DNA of 64,000 bases, taken from Myxococcota bacterium (lineage in GTDB: Bacteria > Myxococcota_A > SURF-8). Each line of letters starts with the position of its first letter. Position 1 is the first letter of the stretch. Shown here piece after piece: positions 56,187-64,000 of this stretch. The position numbers were made by a program, and so were the translations under genes. The DNA lies in the NCBI GenBank assembly GCA_965140415.1, contig OZ223209.1, positions 4,032,001 through 4,096,000 on the forward strand. The letters are read 5' to 3'. The notes beneath the pieces are model-generated. The model was given only the letters and a program-made list of their open reading frames with translations, was not told where the DNA came from and did no database searches.

Positions 56187-57725
56187 TCAATATGTTAGGT
56201 AGAATCCCGCATCTATTATCAGACAGTAAGTGGCATCCGAATCCGGGATAAAAGAGACTTCATGATGTCGAGTCACTTCTATGTATGGATTTGCCTTTTT
56301 GAAGAGACGAAAATCGGATGCTGCATCGAGTTTTCTGCGAAGATTAAAGAAGTGCTTTCTTCTGGAGTCTGGCGTTGTTGTATGTCTCAATCCTAAAAGC
56401 CGCGATGGCATAATTGGCGATTCATGTTTAACGAAACGTTGGAGATATGCAATCAGCACTTCTAATTCAGCTGAAGTAATATTTTCCTCGGGTCTTCGGC
56501 GACCGCTCTTTTTACTGATTCGTGAATATTCTTTATAGCATACCAGGAAATGTTCAAACTCCCGTTCCCGCTCGATCATTTCCTGAACTTCATCTTCGGT
56601 CATTAGATAGTGGGGAGAACGGCCCGTTTCATGGGTAAAGCAGACGGCCTTAGGCTCTCCTAAGAGAAATGGAGTCGTCTCTTGAGCGAAGTGATGTTCT
56701 TCGGTGAGATGGCTTTTTGCCTCGTCAACAAACTCCTCTGCAATCTTAAATTGTACAATATCCGAATCTTCAGGACCGAACCGTGCACGAGTAATTTCCG
56801 GCTTAATGATGGTCAACTCAGATGGGTGCCAACCAGTGACGTTGATTCCGTCTAAGCCACAATAGGTAAAAAAGCTTTTCTCAATGGTCAGTTCTTGGAA
56901 ATCGGCTCCGATGAAGTCGCATGATTTGAACCTTGCAAGAGTAATATTGCTCTCGACAAAGCTGCATTCATTGAACATACATTCCTGAACTATGCTTCCT
57001 TGCCATCGGCTGCGCCAGAAACCTATGTTTTCCGCAGCGACCTCGTGGAGTGTGGCGTGCGAGAAATCGGCCTGATCAAGCGTTCCTTCAAAATCCGCAT
57101 CTTGTTCATAGTGGGATATTGAGCCCGCCTTCCAACCGAAAACTCCAATCCGGCATAGATTGCCATGTTGCCATCCGGTCGAATCCAAGGAGCAACTGTC
57201 GAACATGCAGTCTTCCAGATCCGTTCCAGGAAATTTCGCTTGCGATAAATCGGTATTGATGAACTTGCAGTCCCGAAACGTCGATTTCGTGAAATCCGCA
57301 AAAGAAAAGTGAGCAGAAGAAAAGGAACAGTCATAGAAGCTATTTTCTACGGAAAACAGGGTATTGCCTGTGTTTCTGACGGTAACACAATCAAAGTTTA
57401 CTCTCTGCAGAACGGATTCATCTCTAAAACTCACATCATTCAGGTTGGCATCGGTGAAATTTACATCGACCAGACGACAGTTGGAAAAGGTAACCCCGGA
57501 AAGATGCAAGCGGTTCCTTTTCATTGGTTGCTCAGGTTTCGTTTTCGTTTTTCCAGAACTCTCTCGGGTGGGTATTGTAAACAGAGCACCATCAAGTTTG
57601 CATCCCGAGAAATCAACATCAATTATTCGGACTTCGGATTGTTTGTAGATCCACTCGTTCCATTCCTGCACTCGGCCTTCATGGAGTAGATAGACAGGTG
57701 GTTTTTCATTACTTCTTCCCGCCAT
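56187..57725 (-). CDS. pentapeptide-repeat protein with C-terminal winged-helix-like domain
   Basis: Many A(D/N)F/L-type pentapeptides; C-terminal ITSAELEVL...FFNLRRKLD. Confidence 0.75.
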   Translation of the reverse strand: MAGRSNEKPPVYLLHEGRVQEWNEWIYKQSEVRIIDVDFSGCKLDGALFTIPTRESSGKTKTKPEQPMKRNRLHLSGVTFSNCRLVDVNFTDANLNDVSFRDESVLQRVNFDCVTVRNTGNTLFSVENSFYDCSFSSAHFSFADFTKSTFRDCKFINTDLSQAKFPGTDLEDCMFDSCSLDSTGWQHGNLCRIGVFGWKAGSISHYEQDADFEGTLDQADFSHATLHEVAAENIGFWRSRWQGSIVQECMFNECSFVESNITLARFKSCDFIGADFQELTIEKSFFTYCGLDGINVTGWHPSELTIIKPEITRARFGPEDSDIVQFKIAEEFVDEAKSHLTEEHHFAQETTPFLLGEPKAVCFTHETGRSPHYLMTEDEVQEMIEREREFEHFLVCYKEYSRISKKSGRRRPEENITSAELEVLIAYLQRFVKHESPIMPSRLLGLRHTTTPDSRRKHFFNLRRKLDAASDFRLFKKANPYIEVTRHHEVSFIPDSDATYCLIIDAGFYLTY

Positions 57726-57862
57726 GTAATTTTCCCGGGTCAGCAATCCATTTCAAAATTGGTTAATAATCCCTGAGGGAACGAGTCATTACTTATAGCA
57801 TTAATGCTGAATCAGCTCAAAATTCCAGGCCCAATCGCTAGCGTCTTCCATTGATCCACCCC

Positions 57863-58651
57863 TCACATCACCCCCAGCACCCAGCCTTCAATCGTTTCCG
57901 CAATACGGCGTTCCTCGTCGGTCAGGTGCGGGTGGAAGTATGTTTCCAGACGGTCGGTACGGTCCATCTCGGACATCCAGCGCGCCACGGAATAGGCGTC
58001 GTGTTCCTGTGGGGACCGGCGTTCTTTCGGATAGCTGCGGCTGAACATGAACGGCGACACCTCGGCGATGACCGACTTCCCTTCCGGCGGTGACCATCCG
58101 TCGAAAGGCCAGAAATGGACCCGGTCGCCCACCTTCTCCCGGATATGCGCAAGCCAGGGGATGCCCGCCCAGCTGATCTGGCCCATTGCGCCATGGCCGA
58201 CAAAGCGGAAGATGCCTTTCGCGCCCGGCATTCGTGTCTCCGTGATGCGCAGTTGGTCCGGCGTACCTCCCGGCGGCACGGAATCTTCACGATCCAATGT
58301 GAAACAGACGTACATGTTCGGTTTGTGCGTCGGCCACCAGAGCGGGAAATGGCGCAGCATCTCGCTCCAGTCCGGCAGGGTTTGCAGGTCGAACCAGGTC
58401 TTGGGCAGCGAAAAGCAGTGGCCGAGGCCGACGATGACCGGCTCGGCGGTCGTCTGCTCGATCACCCACTCGGCGATCCCCTTACGAGACCAGTTCTGCG
58501 GACCGAAGGGGTAGGCGTCCGGTGTGATTACTTTCTCCGGTTCGCCGGAACCGTCGGCGCGATAGACCGCCAGCGATTTCAAACGGCTGGACGATGTTTC
58601 CGCTCCGGCGTAGTGGATGCCGATGTAGGAGTCAAACATGGTTTCACCCAA
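57863..58651 (-). CDS. DUF429-like / RNase H-fold hypothetical protein
   Basis: YIGIHYAGAE, FWPFDGW, IAEVSP, HDAY, EGWVLG; the expected GID Asp appears to be replaced by His. Confidence 0.55.
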   Translation of the reverse strand: MGETMFDSYIGIHYAGAETSSSRLKSLAVYRADGSGEPEKVITPDAYPFGPQNWSRKGIAEWVIEQTTAEPVIVGLGHCFSLPKTWFDLQTLPDWSEMLRHFPLWWPTHKPNMYVCFTLDREDSVPPGGTPDQLRITETRMPGAKGIFRFVGHGAMGQISWAGIPWLAHIREKVGDRVHFWPFDGWSPPEGKSVIAEVSPFMFSRSYPKERRSPQEHDAYSVARWMSEMDRTDRLETYFHPHLTDEERRIAETIEGWVLGVM

Positions 58652-58702
58652 ATTCGAGGCGTCCGTTTGTACAAAGCAAAGGAACTAATTTTGACAAGGC
58701 TA

Positions 58703-61700
58703 TTACTCAAGAGTTCGTCTTTTCACTGCGTATACAATATCCTCAATCCAAATGGAGGCATCTTTAAGTTCTGAGATCTCTGGATCAGTCAGCACTTCTA
58801 GGTGACTCCTTTGGGCAACAGAGATCATCACATCACGAAAGACTCTCCAGCATCCTTTGTAGATTCCCATGGCGATCCATTGTGAGGCTAATTTGACGAT
58901 ATGGTCACGTGATATACCTTGGTCAAGTGCATCTTCAGTATGACGGTGGATGCTAATTCTCCATCTACCTCGAGCGATATTTTCAAGTTTATCGATGAAT
59001 GTATCAGAATCAAAGAAATGATGGCGATACTTCTTATCTATCAACGGGAAAACGTGTGAGTTTGCCCAATCACGCAGCTCAAGTTTATTCGCTCTTTCCC
59101 ATATCTCGAGCAAGGCAAGGTCACCAAGGAATTGCAAATATGGCTCTAGCGCGATTAGCTGTCCCTTTTTTATCGGAGATCGACCTTTTTCTTTAAAGCC
59201 AAAGTTCATCGACAAGTGTTTGAACAAAGGACGTGGATCTGCTTGTTCAGCAATTATTTTTTCCACCAATGGTAGTGTGCTAGGGGTTGCTAGAAATAGA
59301 GCTAGTTGGAAAAACCGGTCGATGTCTTTCAGTTTTGGCCAGTGTCGAAGTAAGAGTTCTTCTGCATGATCATAGGGGATGAGAAAAAGAACCTTTGAAA
59401 GATGGTATCCTAAGTCATTATTCTTATCACCTTGATCAGCAGCATAGCTATCAAAGATAGAAGTGAAAATCTCTTTGAATTCCAGATTCCAGCAAGGTGG
59501 GAAAAACTGAAGCCAATAGCCAGCATCTCTTACATTATGGAGAAGTGTCGGTAGGTCGGAAAGTGTCGATCTATCGCCTAATAGCATCCTTCGCCCAAGA
59601 GCGGCACGATAAAATGGGCTAGTTTGGGGGATTTTTCGAAGACAATCCGGTGAACCACGATAACTTGAAGACCACAGGTAAAATGCTTGCTGTCTTACGT
59701 ATTTTGGCTCAGCCTCATTATCCCAAAGAGACAGGAGGCGCTCCATCGATTCTACGCTTAATGATTTCCCATGTGTCCAGTCCGGATTCCAATGTCGATG
59801 AGATGACATAAGCCATGGAGAATACTTTTCGGATTCATCACATTGTTCTTGAATCTTCGCATTTTGTCTAACAATACACTCTACAGCATCTGGATGGTCT
59901 ATTTCTGACAAAATTAGCATAATAGGCCACTTGAGGTCGTCATCAATCTGATGGATTAAAAACAGAATTGCGTTTTGCGGAAGACCTCGTGTAAATGCCA
60001 TCCTCAGTTCAGGCTCTGCGATGGAATTACGCGGTGACATTCCATATTCGTTATGCTCATTTGAAAGCGTTCGCCAGTGGTTCATCATTTCTATAATTGC
60101 AGTTTTGTCGTCAGAGCAGCAATTAAGAGCTGCCCACAACGCATCTGCAAGAATCTTGGTTTTGTCGGGTGAATTATGCCAGCATTCGGCAATAGCTGGT
60201 GCTAAGTTCTCTGAAGACATATGTCCGGCGAGTCTCAAAGTTCCTTTTCTTCCGTAATTCGTTAGATTTGTTTTTCTTAGATATTCCTTTAAGGCTTCAA
60301 TCAAGTTATGGCCATGCTCGTTCATGGCGTCGTTGATTGCAGTGTCTCGCCATTGTGAGCCAAGTGAAGGTTCAAAGTGGATACACAGTTTTATACCGCT
60401 GAGAAGATCTCCGTTTCGCAGTCTCGCTACTAGAATAGGCATGCTTTGACTATTCAGTTTTTCTGTAATCGAGAGGACTTGTGATCCTTTCGAAAGAGAA
60501 AGTTTATTTTCGATTGCCCATCTGAGAGAACTCAATATTTTAGGATTGTTGTCCAACCATGCCAGACAGGCATCCGCAATGGTTTGCTTATCATTTTCCT
60601 GATCGGTTCCTACGAGTCGCAAAGCCTCAAAACCAGCTAAAGGATTGTCCGCCATCACTGCAGGCAAATGCGAAGTCATATCCGATGTTAGCAACAAGGA
60701 TTGTCCTATTATTTCAGCGTAGTAGGGTTCTTCAAGAATATCTTTGCTTAGATCTCCCAAATTTAGATGATTGGCGATACATTTTGCTAGGACATGGTCT
60801 CGGAGTCTGTCGTGTTTGAAACGAAAGGTCTCAACATCACCATTCGCTTCCAATCCACACAAAGATGTCTCCAAGGCCAAGCATCTAAGAGCTGCAGGTG
60901 TTCCAGAATCTTCCGAGAAGGATGCGAGAATATCTGACCAGCGTGGTACCATTACGTTATTTGTGAGCATCCAGCTTGCCAGCTTCTCCAAAGCATTCCA
61001 ACAGTCAGTTGCTGCCAGCCTAATTGATTGAGAGCCTTTTTTAATTTCATCATTTATGTAATCGTAAACAAGCGAAGAACATTCTATAGATCGGCTTGCT
61101 TGGGTTTTCCAACGGCTGATCCACATTGCAAGTAGAAGTGGATCCCCACCAAGTGAGCGGGCAATATCGGATGCTTCCAAATGAGTTAATTGATGTTCTC
61201 CAGCAGTATTTCTAATGAGATATTCAACGCTAGTTTTTGCACGGAAACGACCGATATTAAAAGCACGTTTTAAGACACCTGTGCGAAAGCTAGTGGAAAG
61301 AGCATCTAAAATTCGAGGCCAGATCGGACAAATAATAATCACTTTGGTCGATTTATATTTAACATTCGACCAGGCGAATAGTTTCTCTAACAATCGGGAA
61401 GGAGACTGACTACGATTAAGATCGTCTATCCCAATTAAGAGGCCCTGTTTCTGACTGGAAAGTCGCATTGCGCTTTGTCCTGCTTCATCCTCCAGCCCAG
61501 GACTCAGCGTTGTTAACCAATCACTAAGGGCAGACTCTAGAGTTGGGTTCCTATCCACAATTTCATCTGGTAACCATAAGCCAAAACCAATATCTGACCA
61601 GCTTTTAAGTATTTTCTGCGTAGCGACGCTTTTGCCGAATCCTGAATCCCCTAGCAGAAGAGTCAGCCCATTATCTGTTTTTTTTAAATGTTTTATCAGG

Positions 61701-62353
61701 AATTGATCAATTGGTCTCGCAACATCCGTTTCTAAATCGTAGTCGAATAAAGTCGTTGTATGCCTTTCCACAGATTTGCAGCATAGTTCACCAAACTGGT
61801 CAAGAGACAAGCGCTCCTGGGTAATTCCTAAGTATTTCCTTCTAATCCATTGTCCATCTGCTTTAATATCAAGAAATTCCGATAAGCGAGCTGCATCCCA
61901 TATATCCAGCTCAATGCTAACGCTAGAGCATGCATCTACAACTGAATCGTAGGTTTTTGAGTTCACGCGCTGATTGCAGGTTAAAATTAAAGTGATGTTA
62001 GCATCGGGATGCTTTCTTCTGACATCAGTAGCCCACTTCGTTGCTTTATGAACATCTCCTAAAACAGTTCTAGGGCCTCTATTCGCCGGGATATTCAGCC
62101 ATTTCTTGTCGAGATCAGATTCGGTGGTTTGCTCCACTAAAATGTATTCTGGGGGCACAGAGTCAGTACGAGCGAATACGCCATCGAGAGGATCCTTTAC
62201 TGTCTGTCCGGCTGTATTGACCCCTGTGTGAACCATTCCTTCGTAATTTGGCTTTGAATAACGGAGAACAGCCATTGCAAGGCGTTCAAACAAGGCAAAA
62301 TCAGTCATTGTTGCTATTTGTTGGAGTGTTTGGCTGTCCTGCGATTGGGCCAT
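58703..62353 (-). CDS. STAND/NACHT-like NTPase with N-terminal REase-like domain (AVAST-like)
   Basis: FERLAMAVL...DPLDG N-terminus; GDSGFGKS Walker A; IGIDD Walker B; GDPLL; FKHDRLRD; long helical C-terminus. Confidence 0.7.
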   Translation of the reverse strand: MAQSQDSQTLQQIATMTDFALFERLAMAVLRYSKPNYEGMVHTGVNTAGQTVKDPLDGVFARTDSVPPEYILVEQTTESDLDKKWLNIPANRGPRTVLGDVHKATKWATDVRRKHPDANITLILTCNQRVNSKTYDSVVDACSSVSIELDIWDAARLSEFLDIKADGQWIRRKYLGITQERLSLDQFGELCCKSVERHTTTLFDYDLETDVARPIDQFLIKHLKKTDNGLTLLLGDSGFGKSVATQKILKSWSDIGFGLWLPDEIVDRNPTLESALSDWLTTLSPGLEDEAGQSAMRLSSQKQGLLIGIDDLNRSQSPSRLLEKLFAWSNVKYKSTKVIIICPIWPRILDALSTSFRTGVLKRAFNIGRFRAKTSVEYLIRNTAGEHQLTHLEASDIARSLGGDPLLLAMWISRWKTQASRSIECSSLVYDYINDEIKKGSQSIRLAATDCWNALEKLASWMLTNNVMVPRWSDILASFSEDSGTPAALRCLALETSLCGLEANGDVETFRFKHDRLRDHVLAKCIANHLNLGDLSKDILEEPYYAEIIGQSLLLTSDMTSHLPAVMADNPLAGFEALRLVGTDQENDKQTIADACLAWLDNNPKILSSLRWAIENKLSLSKGSQVLSITEKLNSQSMPILVARLRNGDLLSGIKLCIHFEPSLGSQWRDTAINDAMNEHGHNLIEALKEYLRKTNLTNYGRKGTLRLAGHMSSENLAPAIAECWHNSPDKTKILADALWAALNCCSDDKTAIIEMMNHWRTLSNEHNEYGMSPRNSIAEPELRMAFTRGLPQNAILFLIHQIDDDLKWPIMLILSEIDHPDAVECIVRQNAKIQEQCDESEKYSPWLMSSHRHWNPDWTHGKSLSVESMERLLSLWDNEAEPKYVRQQAFYLWSSSYRGSPDCLRKIPQTSPFYRAALGRRMLLGDRSTLSDLPTLLHNVRDAGYWLQFFPPCWNLEFKEIFTSIFDSYAADQGDKNNDLGYHLSKVLFLIPYDHAEELLLRHWPKLKDIDRFFQLALFLATPSTLPLVEKIIAEQADPRPLFKHLSMNFGFKEKGRSPIKKGQLIALEPYLQFLGDLALLEIWERANKLELRDWANSHVFPLIDKKYRHHFFDSDTFIDKLENIARGRWRISIHRHTEDALDQGISRDHIVKLASQWIAMGIYKGCWRVFRDVMISVAQRSHLEVLTDPEISELKDASIWIEDIVYAVKRRTLE

Positions 62354-62398
62354 AGGGGGTCCTCTTACACCGGTATAGTCAAAAAAGATGTCGAACGA

Positions 62399-64000
62399 CT
62401 AAAGGGACACATCAAGAATAAAAGAATCGACTACTAACGGCGTCTTCGAAAGCTGGCTACTTGATTCTTTTAATTCCTTAAGCGTGTCAGCAATATTTTG
62501 AGTATGCCGATGTTTTCCTTTCTTTTTCTCGTTCTTCGGGCAGTTTGGATCCCACTGATCGCAGTGATACCAGCCAACAAGGTAGATTCCGTGTCGACAC
62601 GCAGCACTATTGAGGTAGCGATCAACAAGCTGATTCTTCATGGCTGAATCGAGATCACTGTTCCAACACCCCTTGCATTCGATGATAACGGTCAGCTTGT
62701 CATTATTTTCTCTAGAAACGGCATCGATACGGATATCCGTTTGATCCCCAATATTGATCCTTGTTTCGCGATTGATGATTATTCCGAGGGAATCCAGATC
62801 TCGTTGCAATTCATCGACCACTACTCGAGAGAAAGCTGGCTCGTCTTTAGGCCGATAGACGACTTTCTGCCCATTCTTGTTTTCATTCCAGAAATTCAGT
62901 TTTGCCATTCTTGCGTTGTCTTGAATCCGAGATTGCAGCCTTTCCAACGATTCCAAGACAACAGATAAGAGGTCACCCTCGCTATTAACAATACGTTTTC
63001 CGTTATCGGAGAAAAGCGCGTAGACTTCTGAAACTTTTGGTGGATTCCAGTTGTGTTCAAGCATCAGTTGCTGCGCTTCTGGTATGCTCCATCGAATCCA
63101 TTCCAATTCTGGAAACTTACCAGCAATAGTCGTTAATGCATCAATCCCTGCCGAAGTTTTTCTGTACTTGATTACTCTGAATACATTGCTCTTAACTTCT
63201 GTAATTTGTTGCCTTGCAGAAACAAATCCTTGTGGAGGAGGTGGATCGTCGCTGTATGGGAACAGATCAACGAGAAGAATGAACAGCTCGGCAAGATCAT
63301 TCTCACTGGCGTGGTTATAAAATCGATTGAAATATTCCTCAGAACTGTTTCCCATGGATAGAAACAGTTCGTTGCCGAAATCATTGCATCGCAATGCGGC
63401 TTCGCGGATCAGCGACCACGATTCGATGGGCCGATAGCGGAATAACGCTTTTCCAGCATAGACCGCCAATTTGAAAAATGGATCGCTCTTTTTCGAGATG
63501 AGTGAAACGACCTCCCCCGCATAATCGAGCGCTTCATTACCTTCACCATGTTTGAGAATGCTTTCCAGAATGTCGCCGAAACATTCAGGCCTTAAGCTGA
63601 TGTCATATAGCTTTTGAGTTAATGCAATTTCAATATTTTCATCCCACAGCAACTCGACACGTCTCGGAACAAATAGGATTGAATTTTCAGCATCGCTATT
63701 TTGACCGTCGATCATTTCTATTAAGCTATGTATCATGTCAGATTTTGCATCTTTATATGCAGCAAGGAGCAGAGGTTTCAGTTCTGCATCTTCATCATCA
63801 TTATTTGAAATGGGATAACGCCAGAATATCGCATTCCATTTTTTCCAAGTGGCGGTCTCGAATTTCGCTAAAATCGAAGGGGACGCCTTTTCCAATAAAT
63901 GCCATGCCGCATATCCACAAATCATTTCGGTGGGTAAGTGATTCGTTCTAATCCATCTACTCGTTAATGGATCAATTTCCAGAATGTACCTTTTTGCAAT
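62399..64000 (-). CDS. large helical protein with C-terminal PD-(D/E)xK nuclease (5' end outside the window)
   Basis: Frame is open to base 64000; RETRI..QTDI...IIECKG...QLVDRYL...GIYLVGW. Confidence 0.7.
   Translation of the reverse strand: MAKRYILEIDPLTSRWIRTNHLPTEMICGYAAWHLLEKASPSILAKFETATWKKWNAIFWRYPISNNDDEDAELKPLLLAAYKDAKSDMIHSLIEMIDGQNSDAENSILFVPRRVELLWDENIEIALTQKLYDISLRPECFGDILESILKHGEGNEALDYAGEVVSLISKKSDPFFKLAVYAGKALFRYRPIESWSLIREAALRCNDFGNELFLSMGNSSEEYFNRFYNHASENDLAELFILLVDLFPYSDDPPPPQGFVSARQQITEVKSNVFRVIKYRKTSAGIDALTTIAGKFPELEWIRWSIPEAQQLMLEHNWNPPKVSEVYALFSDNGKRIVNSEGDLLSVVLESLERLQSRIQDNARMAKLNFWNENKNGQKVVYRPKDEPAFSRVVVDELQRDLDSLGIIINRETRINIGDQTDIRIDAVSRENNDKLTVIIECKGCWNSDLDSAMKNQLVDRYLNSAACRHGIYLVGWYHCDQWDPNCPKNEKKKGKHRHTQNIADTLKELKESSSQLSKTPLVVDSFILDVSL

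Larger units (their letters stand above)
54195..64000. mobile_element. integrative element 2 (right end outside the window)
   Basis: Second LSR at the junction, defence-like cargo, different base composition from element 1. Confidence 0.8.

Overview
GC-rich bacterial chromosome, probably Myxococcota/deltaproteobacteria-like (MXAN_5187-like protein, PP2C-cNMP fusion, DGD-repeat lipoproteins). Bases 1-30.9 kb are mostly housekeeping: a DUF362/ferredoxin pair, the metY-metX-hom operon, hbd, a GT2/GtrA pair, an M23 peptidase, mtnP-pfkB, an AddA-like helicase-nuclease, rlpA, frameshifted prfB and cNMP-signalling genes. This half also holds an intact REP-flanked RAYT and a decayed RAYT element whose interior has been replaced by an RHS fragment. 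From tRNA-Asn (30926-31000) onward there are two tandem integrative elements, each led by a large serine recombinase. The shared att core GAGCCA (30995-31000 and 54189-54194) encodes the same Trp-Leu codons in both recombinase genes, so integration or excision swaps their C-terminal tails. Each gene also carries an antisense terminator positioned to serve the tRNA. Element 1 (~23.2 kb) looks satellite-like (candidate Rep, RDF and TerS) and carries a defence cluster: type IIG RM, Mrr, an RloC-like ATPase, a pair of PD-(D/E)xK nucleases and a duplicated cassette junction. Element 2 runs off the window end and carries STAND/NACHT-like nuclease genes. All product calls are from motif recognition by eye; no database searches were run.
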